A stretch of 64,000 nt of DNA, taken from assembly GCA_958427355.1 (NCBI GenBank), contig CAUACA010000001.1, forward strand, positions 103,269 to 167,268, read 5' to 3'. Made by a program: the position numbers and the translations under genes. The notes under the pieces were generated by a model. It did not search any database. It had not been told where the DNA came from and saw only the letters and a list, made by a program, of their open reading frames with translations. Position 1 is the first letter of the stretch, and each line of letters starts with the position of its first letter. Positions 28,171-38,774 of the stretch are shown one piece after another. The stretch comes from an uncultured Collinsella sp. Lineage in GTDB: Bacteria > Actinomycetota > Coriobacteriia > Coriobacteriales > Coriobacteriaceae.

Positions 28171-29397
28171 ATGAGCAAGGAAAAAGTCGTTCTCGCATAT
28201 TCCGGTGGTCTTGATACATCCGTATGTGTCAAGTGGCTCCAGGACGAGAAGAATCTCGATGTCGTTTGTGTCTGCGGCAACGTGGGCCAGGAGGAGACCG
28301 GCCTGGACGCCAAGAAGCAGAAGGCCCTCGACCTGGGCGTTCTCGATTGCCAGGTGCTCGACCTGCGCGACGAGTTCTCCGATGAGTTCTTGACTAAGGC
28401 CATCGCCGCAAACTCCATGTACGAGAACAAGTATCCGCTGCTTTCCGCCCTGTCTCGCCCGCTGCTCGCCAAGAAGCTTGTCGAGGTCGCTCACGAGTTT
28501 GGCGCGACCTACGTCGCCCACGGCTGCACCGGCAAGGGTAACGACCAGGTTCGTTTTGAGGCTGCCGTCAAGGCCCTCGACCCCGAGCTCAAGGTTATCG
28601 CCCCGGTTCGCGAGTGGGATCTGAAGTGCCGTCCCGACGAGGTCGCCTATGCCCACGCCCACAACGTGCCGGTTCCCGAGGGTGCCAACGACAACCCCTA
28701 TTCCATCGACGACAACCTGTGGGGTCGTGCTATTGAGTGCGGCCACCTGGAGGATCCCTGGAACGAGCCTCTCGACGACGCCTGGGTTATGACCAAGAAT
28801 CCCGAGGACACGCCCGACACCCCGACGTATACCGAGATTGAGTTTGAGGCCGGCAAGCCCGTCGCCGTCGACGGCAAGAAGATGAAGCTTTCCGAGATCG
28901 TCATCGCCCTCAACAAGATTTCGGGCGACAACGGCTTTGGCCGTCTCGACCTGGTTGAGGATCGTCTGGTGGGCCTCAAGAGCCGCGAATGCTATGAGGT
29001 TCCCGGAGCCCTGACGCTCATCACCGCCCACAAGGCACTCGAGGACATCTGCGTCGAGGGCGACTTGCTCAAGACCAAGATCAAGCTCGAGCAGGATTGG
29101 GCCACCGCCGTGTATAACGGTCAGTGGTACAGCCCGCTCAAGAACGCGCTCGATGCCTTTATGGCCGACACGCAAAAGTTCGTGACCGGCACTGTCCGTC
29201 TGAAGTTCTTTAAGGGCAACTGCCGTGTCGTCGGCCGCAAGAGCCCCTTCAGCCTCTACGACTACGGTCTGGCTACCTACGACCGCGACACCACGTTTGA
29301 CGAGAAGGCCAGCGCCGGCTTTATCGAGATCGATACGCTGTCGCTCAAGACGTGGGCAAAGGTCCAGGGCCCCAGCTCTGCTGCCGCCCAGGCCTAG
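28171..29397 (+). CDS. argG: Argininosuccinate synthase
   Basis: LAYSGGLDTS, HGCTGKGNDQVRFE. Confidence 0.97.
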   Translation: MSKEKVVLAYSGGLDTSVCVKWLQDEKNLDVVCVCGNVGQEETGLDAKKQKALDLGVLDCQVLDLRDEFSDEFLTKAIAANSMYENKYPLLSALSRPLLAKKLVEVAHEFGATYVAHGCTGKGNDQVRFEAAVKALDPELKVIAPVREWDLKCRPDEVAYAHAHNVPVPEGANDNPYSIDDNLWGRAIECGHLEDPWNEPLDDAWVMTKNPEDTPDTPTYTEIEFEAGKPVAVDGKKMKLSEIVIALNKISGDNGFGRLDLVEDRLVGLKSRECYEVPGALTLITAHKALEDICVEGDLLKTKIKLEQDWATAVYNGQWYSPLKNALDAFMADTQKFVTGTVRLKFFKGNCRVVGRKSPFSLYDYGLATYDRDTTFDEKASAGFIEIDTLSLKTWAKVQGPSSAAAQA

Positions 29398-29630
29398 CGC
29401 CTCCTTCCCTTGGTATCCGCGCGGCCCATCCGCGTGATACATAACGGGCGCACGGGGTCCCTGCCTTTCGTTATGCTTGCTGACACTTCTTAACATCGGT
29501 GGCCCCTACGTTCCGCCCGCATATATGATGCCGCGTCTGCGGCTGAGTCCGAGCCCCGCCGGGGTTGTCCGGCGGGGCTCCTTCTATCAATTTGGCGGCT
29601 CTGTGCCTATATATATGAGGAGTATCCATT

Positions 29631-29801
29631 ATGTTCAATGCTATCGCGCATGCTTTGCTTGCCCTCGCGCCCGAGTTCGATGCTGTAAGGGTCGAGGACG
29701 TTCCTATGAGCCTGAAGGCCTGGATCGATGGTTCGCAGGGCAACATCCGGAGGGAGACGTTGGGCGCCAAGTGCATGGTGCGTCACTTCTTTGCAAATTA
29801 G
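29631..29801 (+). CDS. Small hypothetical protein, 56 aa (not in ORF track)
   Basis: GAGGAG RBS 8 nt upstream; MFNAIAHALLALAPEFDAVRVEDVPMSLKAWIDG... Confidence 0.45.
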   Translation: MFNAIAHALLALAPEFDAVRVEDVPMSLKAWIDGSQGNIRRETLGAKCMVRHFFAN

Positions 29802-29919
29802 CCACATGGCCCCGCGCGCGGCAGGGAGTGTGTAAAACTAGCGGTTGATAAATCGCTTTAGCGACAGGGCACATTGCTTTGGACGCTTGTTTTGGTATTT
29901 GGAGAAAGGAGACGGTTCC

Positions 29920-31350
29920 ATGGCTCTTTGGGGCGGTCGTTTTGAGGCGGGCGTGGCCGAGGTCACGCAGGAGTTTGGCGCGTCGCTGCCGGTCGACAAA
30001 CATCTCTATAAGCAGGATATCGCTGGCTCTAAGGCGCATGCCAAGATGTTGACCGCCCAGGGCATCATCAGTGCCGAGGACGAGCAGGCGATTGCCAAGG
30101 GCCTTACCGGAATCGAACAGGATATCGATGCCGGCAACTTCACCTTCGATATCAACGATGAGGACATTCATATGTCCATCGAGAGCGAGCTGACGCGTCG
30201 CATCGGCGAGGCTGGCAAGCGCTTGCATACTGGGCGTTCGCGCAACGACCAGGTGGCGACCGATACGCGCCTGGGCGTCAAGGCGCTGGCCAAGGAGCTC
30301 ATGGAGGCCAATCTTGAGCTGCGCCATGTGCTGGTGGATGCGGCTAAGAAGTATGACAAGGTGATTCTGCCGGGCTACACGCATATGCAGCACGCTCAGC
30401 CCGTGCTGCTGGCGCATCATCTGCTGGCGTATTCCTGGATGTTCGCGCGCGACTTTACGCGTCTAAAGGCCGCCTTCGATGCCGCTGATAATTGCCCGTT
30501 GGGCGCCGCCGCACTTGCCGGTACGAGCTATCCGCTCGATCGCCAGATGACGGCTGCCGAGCTTGGCTTTGCGGGCGTGATTCCCAACTCGCTCGATGCT
30601 GTTTCCGATCGCGATTTCCTGCTCGACCTGCATTACGCCGGCTCCGTCATGGCGATGCACCTGTCGCGTCTTTCCGAGGAGATCGTGCTGTGGTCGAGCT
30701 CCGAATTTGGCTTTGTCACGCTTTCAGACTCCTACTCCACCGGCTCGTCTATCATGCCGCAGAAGAAGAACCCCGACTTTGCCGAGCTTATCCGCGGCAA
30801 GAGCGGTCGCGTGTACGGCAACCTGGTGCAGCTGCTGGTAACCATGAAGGGCTTGCCGCTTGCTTATAACAAGGACTTGCAGGAGGACAAGGAGGGCGCG
30901 CTCGATACCGCCCATACGCTCATGCAGTGCCTGTCCGTTATGGCCGGAATGATTTCGACTTGGACCGTCAACGAGGATGCCATGGCGCGCGAGTGCGGCG
31001 TGGGGCACCTTGCCGCCACCGATGTTGCCGATTACCTGGCCAAGCGTGGCCTGCCGTTCCGCGAGGCACATGCCGTGGTGGGCCATCTGGTCCTGATGTG
31101 CGAGAAGCGCGGCTGCAATCTTGAGGACCTGCCGTTTGAGGTGTTCCAGGAGGCAAGCCCGCTCTTTGAGCGCGACATTACCGAGGCGCTCGACATCCCG
31201 TCGATTGTCGCCGCGCGCACGACCGAGGGCGGCACCGCCCCTGCCGCCGTTGCCGTGCAGCTTGATCGCGCCGAGGCACAGCTCGTGGCTGACGAGGGTG
31301 TGTTTGGGTCACTGACTAAGGTCGTCGAGATGGGCCACGGGGTAAAGTAG
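29920..31350 (+). CDS. argH: Argininosuccinate lyase
   Basis: LWGGRF, HTGRSRNDQ, GSSIMPQKKNPD. Confidence 0.97.
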   Translation: MALWGGRFEAGVAEVTQEFGASLPVDKHLYKQDIAGSKAHAKMLTAQGIISAEDEQAIAKGLTGIEQDIDAGNFTFDINDEDIHMSIESELTRRIGEAGKRLHTGRSRNDQVATDTRLGVKALAKELMEANLELRHVLVDAAKKYDKVILPGYTHMQHAQPVLLAHHLLAYSWMFARDFTRLKAAFDAADNCPLGAAALAGTSYPLDRQMTAAELGFAGVIPNSLDAVSDRDFLLDLHYAGSVMAMHLSRLSEEIVLWSSSEFGFVTLSDSYSTGSSIMPQKKNPDFAELIRGKSGRVYGNLVQLLVTMKGLPLAYNKDLQEDKEGALDTAHTLMQCLSVMAGMISTWTVNEDAMARECGVGHLAATDVADYLAKRGLPFREAHAVVGHLVLMCEKRGCNLEDLPFEVFQEASPLFERDITEALDIPSIVAARTTEGGTAPAAVAVQLDRAEAQLVADEGVFGSLTKVVEMGHGVK

Positions 31351-31400
31351 GGATTTGGCTGAAGCCGTTTTGGCCATTTATTGATAAATCGTTTTCACTT

Positions 31401-31434
31401 TACGGGCGCCTGCTGATGTGGGCGCCCGTATTTT
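31401..31434 (+). terminator. Rho-independent terminator
   Basis: TACGGGCGCC...GGCGCCCGTA-TTTT. Confidence 0.7.
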
Positions 31435-31735
31435 GTTGCTATGGGGGAGGGGCTTGTCGAGAACTTCTGTAGGACCTTTGGGCAGGTTGTGAAGGGGTTA
31501 CGTTCGCGGGCGGCAACCGACCGCCTGCTCTGTTCGATGCGGTTGATGGGCGGTCGGATGGTACTCTAATCGGGCTTCGAAACAGAAGTGACACATATGG
31601 AGCGCTTTAATAAATTGCAACGTTTCAATAAACAGCTTTTTGTTTAACTGCAGCTAAAACTCTGTTACGATGCAGTCCAGGCGGGTGCCGGAATGGGACT
31701 TGGGCACGCGCGAACCTACTTGAAAGGCTACTTTT

Positions 31736-32140
31736 ATGGCTATCGAGAAGACCTTCATCATGATTAAGCCCGACGCCGTGCGCGACCGCAAGATCGGCGA
31801 GATCGTTGCTCGCATTGAGCGCAGCGGCCTTGTCATCGAGCGCATGGAGATGACCACGCTCGAGCGCGCTACCGTCGAGGAGCACTACGCCCATCTGGCC
31901 GACAAGCCCTTCTTTGGCGGTCTCTGCGACTTTATGACGAGCGGTCCGGTCGTCAAGATGGTCGTTTCCGGTCTCTCCGCTGTTGCTAAGATGCGCACCC
32001 TCATGGGCGCTACCAACCCGCTTGAGGCTGCTCCTGGTACCATCCGCGGCGACTTTGCCGTCGATGTCAACGCCAACGTGATCCACGGCTCCGACTGCCT
32101 GGAGAATGCCGAGATCGAGATCAAGCGCTTCTTTGGCTAA
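31736..32140 (+). CDS. ndk: Nucleoside diphosphate kinase
   Basis: IKPDAV, GTIRGDF, NVIHGSD. Confidence 0.96.
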   Translation: MAIEKTFIMIKPDAVRDRKIGEIVARIERSGLVIERMEMTTLERATVEEHYAHLADKPFFGGLCDFMTSGPVVKMVVSGLSAVAKMRTLMGATNPLEAAPGTIRGDFAVDVNANVIHGSDCLENAEIEIKRFFG

Positions 32141-32179
32141 ACCAGCTTTGACTCCTTAAAGCTGTTAGCGTGTGGCTTG

Positions 32180-32267
32180 GGCGCCGCGGAACTCCATCCG
32201 CGGCGCCCTTTTATTCCAAAATCTATGCAGGGGCCCGCTCGGATATGTGTTCCGAGCGGGCCCCTGC
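32180..32267. terminator. Pair of terminator hairpins between convergent ndk and rpiB
   Basis: GGGCGCCGCGGA..TCCGCGGCGCCC-TTTT and GCAGGGGCCCGCTCGGA..TCCGAGCGGGCCCCTGC. Confidence 0.75.
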
Positions 32268-32291
32268 TGTTAGCTTGTGGCACTGAATAGT

Positions 32292-32759
32292 TTAGGCTTC
32301 GTCGACGATCTTAAGGCCGCGCGTGCGATCGATCTCGTTGAGGAGGTTAACGCGACGCTCGTGACGACCACCCTCAAACTCGGCGTCGAGCCACTCGTCG
32401 ACAATCATCTTGGCGAGCTCGGAGCCCACGACGCGGGCGCCAAAGGCGAGCACGTTGGTGTTGTTGTGCATGCGGGAGAGCTTGGCGCTGAAGGGCTCGG
32501 AGCATACGACGGCGCGAACACCTTCGACCTTGTTGGCGGCCAGGCTGATGCCGACGCCGGTACCGCAGATCAGGATACCCAGGTCGACGTCACCGTTGGC
32601 CACGGCCTTACCCACCTTGTAGCCGGCGATGGGGTAATCGAAGCTCTCGGAGGTGTCGGTGCCAAAGTTCACGACCTCGCAGCCGCGCTCCTTCAGGTGC
32701 TCGGAGATGATGTTCTTGAGCTCGACGGCGGCGTGGTCGTTACCGATACCAATCTTCAT
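32292..32759 (-). CDS. rpiB: Ribose-5-phosphate isomerase B
   Basis: GNDHAA, ICGTGVG, HNNTN, FEGGRH. Confidence 0.94.
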   Translation of the reverse strand: MKIGIGNDHAAVELKNIISEHLKERGCEVVNFGTDTSESFDYPIAGYKVGKAVANGDVDLGILICGTGVGISLAANKVEGVRAVVCSEPFSAKLSRMHNNTNVLAFGARVVGSELAKMIVDEWLDAEFEGGRHERRVNLLNEIDRTRGLKIVDEA

Positions 32760-33030
32760 GAGTGGTTCCTCTCTGGTCCGTGCGGCGGAATTGCTAAAGG
32801 TTTTACCGCGTTCGACTGCATGATAGCGCGACTTTTGTGGAAACGCTCGGGCGTTTTTTGGTCAAACGCTTTAGCATGCAACAAGACTAGCTTTTCATGT
32901 ATTAATGCCGTCAGTTTGCGCTTGAACGCCGTCCGCCGGAACTTGGGTTGCGGTTTTTGATGCATTGTTATCAAATAAAAGAGCTAATTATTATTGAGAG
33001 CCCAGCCCGTTATACAAGTAGGAGATACCT

Positions 33031-34350
33031 ATGCCTGCCGATTCCCTTCGTGATGCCGCGTTTTGCGATGTTCTGAACCGCGAGCTTGTCTGCGCGCTCG
33101 GCTGTACCGAGCCCATTGCCGTTGCCTATGCAGCGGCGCTGGCGAGCCAGACGCTCGGTTGCGAGCCCGATCATATGGATGTTGCCTGCTCGGGCAACAT
33201 CATCAAGAACGTCAAGAGCGTGATCGTGCCCAACTCGGGCGGTATGCACGGTATTGAGGCCGCGGCCGTGCTGGGTGCCGTGGGCGGCGACGCTAAGAGC
33301 GCGCTCGAGGTGCTCGAGAGCGTTAACGATGAAGACCGCGCTCGCGTGGCCGAGCTCCTCGCCGACGCCGGCTACTGCGATGTGTCGCTTGTCGAAGGTG
33401 TGCCCAACCTCTACATCAAGGTGACTGCGACGGCCGGGGGCCATACCGCGGTCGTCGAGATTACCGATCACCACACTAATGTCACGTGCCATACGCTCGA
33501 TGGTATTCCGGTATGCGGCAAGTCGGCGGGGGAGTGTGCCGCCTGCGCCGAGCGCGTGGTGGCCGAGCGTGCGGCGGATAAGGCCGATACCCCTATGAGC
33601 ATTGAGTCCATCATCGACTTTATCGAGGACGGCGACATTGAGGACGCCCGCGCTGCCGTTGAGCGTCAGATTGAGCTGAATGGCGCAATCAGTGCCGAGG
33701 GCCTTGCGCACGCTTGGGGCGCCGAGGTGGGTCGTACGCTGCTGGGTGCTCGTGCCGATGACGTCGCCTGCCGTGCCCGTGCCCGTGCGGCCGCCGGGTC
33801 CGACGCCCGCATGAACGGCTGCGCGCTGCCGGTCGCCATTGTGTGCGGCTCGGGCAATCAGGGCATTACCTGCGCATTGCCCGTCATGGAGTATGCCGAG
33901 TACCTGCGTTGCGACCACGAGCGCCTGGTGCGCGCCGTGATGCTGTCCGATCTTATCGCCGTGCATATCAAGAGCTATATTGGTGCGCTCTCGGCGTTTT
34001 GCGGTGCTATTTGCGCCGCGTGCGGCGCCGGCGCTGCGATTACCTGGCTGTGCGGTGGCACGCGCGAGCAGATTGGCGCGACGGTCTCGAATACGCTCGG
34101 TAACGTGGGCGGCATCGTGTGCGACGGCGCCAAGGCGAGCTGTGCCGCCAAGATCTCGGCTGCCGTCGATGCGGCGATTCTGGGCCACGATATGGCTATG
34201 CAAGGTCGCGGCTTCCGCGCCGGCGAGGGCCTGATCCAGGATACCGTTGAGCAGACAATCGCCAGCATGGGCTACGTGGGCCGCGTGGGCATGAAGGACA
34301 CCGACGTCGAGATCCTCAACATCATGATTGGTAAAACCCAGGTGTGCTAG
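33031..34350 (+). CDS. Serine dehydratase alpha-like / L-cysteine desulfidase (UPF0597, YhaM-like)
   Basis: ALGCTEP, GSDARM.G, GSGNQG, LSAFCG, CDGAK.SCA.K. Confidence 0.88.
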   Translation: MPADSLRDAAFCDVLNRELVCALGCTEPIAVAYAAALASQTLGCEPDHMDVACSGNIIKNVKSVIVPNSGGMHGIEAAAVLGAVGGDAKSALEVLESVNDEDRARVAELLADAGYCDVSLVEGVPNLYIKVTATAGGHTAVVEITDHHTNVTCHTLDGIPVCGKSAGECAACAERVVAERAADKADTPMSIESIIDFIEDGDIEDARAAVERQIELNGAISAEGLAHAWGAEVGRTLLGARADDVACRARARAAAGSDARMNGCALPVAIVCGSGNQGITCALPVMEYAEYLRCDHERLVRAVMLSDLIAVHIKSYIGALSAFCGAICAACGAGAAITWLCGGTREQIGATVSNTLGNVGGIVCDGAKASCAAKISAAVDAAILGHDMAMQGRGFRAGEGLIQDTVEQTIASMGYVGRVGMKDTDVEILNIMIGKTQVC

Positions 34351-35105
34351 GACAGTTCGTCGGCTATTTGGTGCTCGTAGAAGGCTTCGATTACGGCGTT
34401 GAAATCGCGGGCGAAGTCTTCCATGGTTCCGCGCCAGGTGGCTCGGCTGGGCTTGCCTTGGCCCACATAGGCAGTCTGAATGCCGCAGGCGGGGCTGGGG
34501 AAGTCGCGTTTGGGATCGTTGCCCACCATAAGGACCTCGTGTGGCTCGAGCCCCATCACCTGAAGCTGCTCTAGATAGTAGGTGGCATCGGGCTTGCAGC
34601 GGGTGGTGTTTCCCATGTGCGTGACGAGCTCAAAGGGAGCGTCGGCCAGGTCGCCCCAACCCATGCGGCACTCGATAGCCCCCTGGGGAAAGCTGGGGTT
34701 GGTAAAGAGCGCGCAACGCAGCCCTGCGTCCTGTACGGCCTGGAGCGCGGCGTGTGCGCCCGGCATGGCGTGAGCGTTAATGACATCGTCGTTCTTGTAC
34801 GGAAGAACTTCGCGGTCATAGTAGGTAAACGCCTCGTAGATGAGGGGATCGGAGAGGCAGATCCCGCATCGGCGCTCGACCTCTTCTTGGTAAAACTCAA
34901 GATTGGTGCGGTTGTCCGTGCCGCTGCGGCGATTGGCGTTAAGGTCGACCAGGATGGTGCCGAGGCGCGCCATCGTGCCACCGCGGCTGCGGCGCCCGAT
35001 ATCCGCGAGCATCGAAGAGACATCCTTAAAATAGCGAAGGATGAACGCGTTGAGGTTGATGCTAAGAAGCGTTTCGTCCATATCGAAAACGACTGCTTTG
35101 AGCAC
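34347..35105 (-). CDS. HAD family hydrolase
   Basis: GTG start, FDMDETL, TNP, KP, MVGND. Confidence 0.85.
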   Translation of the reverse strand: MLKAVVFDMDETLLSINLNAFILRYFKDVSSMLADIGRRSRGGTMARLGTILVDLNANRRSGTDNRTNLEFYQEEVERRCGICLSDPLIYEAFTYYDREVLPYKNDDVINAHAMPGAHAALQAVQDAGLRCALFTNPSFPQGAIECRMGWGDLADAPFELVTHMGNTTRCKPDATYYLEQLQVMGLEPHEVLMVGNDPKRDFPSPACGIQTAYVGQGKPSRATWRGTMEDFARDFNAVIEAFYEHQIADELS

Positions 35106-35420
35106 GCGGGCACCTTTCTCGAAAAATCGATCTAGAATCGTTGGCTCCGGATACTTTACCCCAAAGCCGAATGCCTGGCTGGTTATCGTCAAGTTGCGGA
35201 GACGTGTGTTCATAAGATTACGAAAAAGTCTCCACACGAGTAAAAAATCGCAGTTCACGCTTGAAATCGAACTCATTTCCCCGTAACCTATACGAACGTG
35301 ATTGCATAAGCGTCACATTAGTATCTGTCGGCTCCCGAGTGTTCCTAAACGTTGTGTGCTTGTCGCACCCTTCTGTAGGTCCTAGCAATCGGGGCCCCGT
35401 AGTTCGAAAGGGGTCCACCT

Positions 35421-36587
35421 TTGAGTGAGATTCAGAACTCGTCCATTTTCTCTCTTGACGATGTCAATGAGGAGGAGATGAACAACCTCATCGACGGTAC
35501 GATTACCGACTTTGATGAGGGCGATCTCGTTAACGGCACTGTCGTTAAGATCGAGCATGACGAGGTGCTCGTTGACATCGGATTCAAGTCCGAGGGCGTT
35601 ATCCCGGTCCGCGAGCTGTCCATCCGCAAGGACGCTAACCCTGCAGACATCGTTGCACTCGGTGATCCCATCGAGGCTCTGGTTCTCCAGAAGGAGGACA
35701 AGGACGGTCGTCTGGTCCTGTCCAAGAAGCGTGCCGAGTACGAGCGTGCTTGGAACCGCATCGAGGAGAAGTTCAACTCCGGCGAGAACGTCGAGGGCGA
35801 GGTTATCGAGGTTGTCAAGGGCGGCCTGATCCTCGACATCGGCCTGCGTGGCTTCCTGCCCGCTTCCCTCGTCGACCTCCGTCGCGTCAAGGACCTCACC
35901 TCCTACATGGGCACCCGCATCGAGGCTCGCGTCATCGAGATGGACCGCAACCGCAACAACGTCGTCCTCTCCCGTCGCGTCGTGCTCGAGGAGTCCCGTA
36001 AGGCCGAGCGCTCCGAGATCCTGTCCAAGCTCAAGTCTGGTATGCGTCTCCAGGGCACCGTTTCCTCCATCGTCGACTTCGGCGCCTTCGTCGACCTCGG
36101 CGGTATCGACGGCCTCATCCACATCTCCGAGCTCTCCTGGAACCACGTCAACCATCCTTCCGAGGTTGTCAAGGTCGGCCAGGAGGTCGAGGTCGAGGTT
36201 CTCGACGTCGATCTCAACCGCGAGCGCATCTCCCTGGGTCTCAAGCAGACCACCGAGGATCCGTGGCGCGCACTGGTCAAGAAGTACCCCGTTGGCGCTA
36301 TCGTCGAGGGCACTGTGACCAAGCTTGTCCCGTTCGGCGCTTTCGTCGATCTGGGCGAGGGCATCGAGGGCCTGGTGCACATCTCCGAGATGGCCAACAA
36401 GCACGTCGATCAGCCTTCTCAGGTCACCCACGTGGGCGACAAGGTTCAGGTCAAGGTCATGGAGATCGACCTCGACCGTCGTCGTATCTCCCTGTCCATG
36501 AAGTCTGCTGCTGAGACTCTGGGCGTTGAGATCGAGGTTACCCCGCTGCCTTCCGAGAAGAAGGACGAGGAGACCGACGCCGAGTAA
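35421..36587 (+). CDS. rpsA: 30S ribosomal protein S1
   Basis: Four S1 domains; FGAFVDLG..DGLIHISE. Confidence 0.96.
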   Translation: MSEIQNSSIFSLDDVNEEEMNNLIDGTITDFDEGDLVNGTVVKIEHDEVLVDIGFKSEGVIPVRELSIRKDANPADIVALGDPIEALVLQKEDKDGRLVLSKKRAEYERAWNRIEEKFNSGENVEGEVIEVVKGGLILDIGLRGFLPASLVDLRRVKDLTSYMGTRIEARVIEMDRNRNNVVLSRRVVLEESRKAERSEILSKLKSGMRLQGTVSSIVDFGAFVDLGGIDGLIHISELSWNHVNHPSEVVKVGQEVEVEVLDVDLNRERISLGLKQTTEDPWRALVKKYPVGAIVEGTVTKLVPFGAFVDLGEGIEGLVHISEMANKHVDQPSQVTHVGDKVQVKVMEIDLDRRRISLSMKSAAETLGVEIEVTPLPSEKKDEETDAE

Positions 36588-36611
36588 ATCGGTTTGACGA
36601 TCACTTGTTTT

Positions 36612-36645
36612 AAGGGATCCGTTCGCAATGGACGGGTCCCTTTTT
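36612..36645 (+). terminator. rpsA terminator
   Basis: AAGGGATCCGTTC-gcaat-GGACGGGTCCCTTTTT. Confidence 0.8.
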
Positions 36646-36926
36646 GCATTTGCTGCTGAGGTGCGCGATGCTATCCGTGCACGATGCTGCCCGTGCTGTC
36701 CACAGGCTATTGGGTTGTCGGTGCGTGAAAAATGCCGACATCCCGCCTCGGGGAAGAGGCGGGAACGCACCGAGTAGACGGAGGGGTGCGGAGCGCGGTC
36801 GCGTCTCGACTGACGACGTTGCCCATCGACGGGACTATTGTAGCGCATGGGTGGTTCTTGGTTTATCGTGCGAGCGCTTGTGTTGTGCCGTTGCCTGCGG
36901 CAACGGTGTGCTACACTCTTGCACTG

Positions 36927-37286
36927 CTGAGTGGGCCAGACGGTCGCGCGATGTGCTGCTTGCAGCACGCGTGAGGAAAGTCCGGGCTCCAGAGGGCGGG
37001 ATGCCGGCTAACGGCCGGGCGGAGTGATCCGACGGAAAGCGCCGCAGAAAAGAAGACTCCCACCTGCGCCGCAAGGCGTAAAGGGAAAAGCTGAAACGGT
37101 GGTGTAAGAGACCACCAGCGTCGTGGCAACACGGCGGCTTGGCAAGCCCCATCCGGAGCAAGCGCGAATAGGAACGCTATGGGCCGGCCCGGTCCGCGTT
37201 CGGGTAGCGTGCGTGGAGCTGCATGGTAACGTGCAGACAAGATAAATGACCGTTCACGACAGAACCCGGCTTACAAGCCCACTCGG
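36927..37286 (+). ncRNA. rnpB: RNase P RNA (type A)
   Basis: GAGGAAAGTCCGGGCT and ACAGAACCCGGCTTA cores; terminal stem GAGTGGGC/GCCCACTC; TGcTACACT extended -10 at 36909-36917. Confidence 0.96.
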
Positions 37287-37303
37287 CACTTTGTTGACGC
37301 TGC

Positions 37304-37508
37304 GAACCCGTCAGCGCGGCAATCTGCCTTTCAAGCCTTCGGGCATGACCATAAGGTCAATGCCCTCGTCTTTCAAGGCACCTTGCTCGCGCTGACGGGT
37401 TCTCGCCTTCGACGGCGTCAGCTGGCCGATTTGGCGCTCATTCGTCGGTCGCCGCCATAAGGCGTGCTCCCTCCTCTTTCGGGCCAAATCGACTCAGCTG
37501 ACGCCGTC
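37304..37508. repeat. Two adjacent long inverted-repeat elements
   Basis: 15-bp perfect IR 37304-37318/37388-37402 and 14-bp perfect IR 37411-37424/37495-37508. Confidence 0.75.
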
Positions 37509-37619
37509 TCGCTGTCTTTGGCTGGTCATTGGCGTTGCCGTTCTATTTATCGGGGTTAACGGTACGGGCTTTGCCGTATTATTGAGGCTGTTTGTTGCTT
37601 TGCTTGTAGTTGAGGGGCT

Positions 37620-38258
37620 TTGTTGGACAGCTATTTTACTCTGCAATCGAATATTGAGGCTTCGGGCGAGTTTGTGGACCGCAAGAGCCGGTTTATTGCC
37701 CAGCTGGTCCATATTGAGTCCGAGGATGAGGCGAATGCCTTTATCGAGATGATCCGCAAGCGTCATTACGACGCTCGACACAATGTTCCCGCGTGGATTT
37801 TAGTCGATGGACGCGAGCGCCAGAGCGATGATGGTGAGCCGAGCCGCACGAGCGGTATGCCGACGCTCGAGGTGTTGCGTGGCGCGGAACTCAAAAATGT
37901 TTGCTGCGTAGTGACGCGCTATTTTGGTGGCACGCTGTTAGGGCCCGGTGGCTTGGTGCGCGCCTATACCGCGGCGACGCAGGCGGCGGTGGCCGCGGCT
38001 CAGGAGGCCGGGCAGATTGTCGAGATGACGAGTGTCGTGCCTGTTGACGTGCATGTGGCCTATCCGCAGTACGAACAGGTGCTTCGTTTGGCGCAGGATT
38101 CGGGTGCCAAGGTTTCGGATACTGATTACGCGGATGCCGTGACACTTCACTTGGTGTTCAAAGCGGGGGAGCAGGAGCAATTTTGCGCCAAGATGCGCGA
38201 GCTTATGGCGGGGCGCGAGGAGATCGAGGTCGGCGCTCCCGAATTTGCAGAGTTCTAA
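37620..38258 (+). CDS. YigZ/IMPACT family protein
   Basis: KSRFIA, ARHN, SDDGEP, VVTRYFGG.LLG.GGLVRAY. Confidence 0.9.
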   Translation: MLDSYFTLQSNIEASGEFVDRKSRFIAQLVHIESEDEANAFIEMIRKRHYDARHNVPAWILVDGRERQSDDGEPSRTSGMPTLEVLRGAELKNVCCVVTRYFGGTLLGPGGLVRAYTAATQAAVAAAQEAGQIVEMTSVVPVDVHVAYPQYEQVLRLAQDSGAKVSDTDYADAVTLHLVFKAGEQEQFCAKMRELMAGREEIEVGAPEFAEF

Positions 38259-38327
38259 CGGCGACGGCCGGCGTGCTTTTGGATGGATCCCAAGCGCGCC
38301 GGCCGTCGTTTTTTCTGTTGCTGCCGT

Positions 38328-38774
38328 TTACTCGGCGAGCTGCTTTAGTACATCACAGGCGATTTCGACGGCATCGTCGATGCAGCCGGGGCAGCTGCGG
38401 AGCGGACCCTTATCCGATCCGACGCCCTTGAGCGTGCCGCAGACGGTCGTCGTGTTCTTCTCACCAAAACGTTTGGCGATCTCGCGCGACAGTTTGTAGG
38501 TCTGGCCCTTGGTCTTGGGGTTTTCCATGCCGTCGCTCATCACAAAGCCCATGATGGCCACGGCGCCCGAGATGGCGCCGCAGGTTTCGGTCATGCCGCC
38601 CATGCCGGCGCCAAAGCCCTCGGTGAGGGTAAAGGCGACCTGGGGGTCGAGCCCGACGGCGGGCGCGAGCGTGCAGGCGACGGCCTGGGCGCAGTTAAAG
38701 CCACGGGTGTGGTATTCGGCAGCCTGAGCCTGACAGGCGGTGATGTCGAGCTGGGCCGTATCGATTTGCTTCAT
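38328..38774 (-). CDS. C-GCAxxG-C-C family putative redox protein
   Basis: FNCAQAV, GFGAGMG, TCGAISG, two further Cys; AAGGAG RBS. Confidence 0.85.
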   Translation of the reverse strand: MKQIDTAQLDITACQAQAAEYHTRGFNCAQAVACTLAPAVGLDPQVAFTLTEGFGAGMGGMTETCGAISGAVAIMGFVMSDGMENPKTKGQTYKLSREIAKRFGEKNTTTVCGTLKGVGSDKGPLRSCPGCIDDAVEIACDVLKQLAE

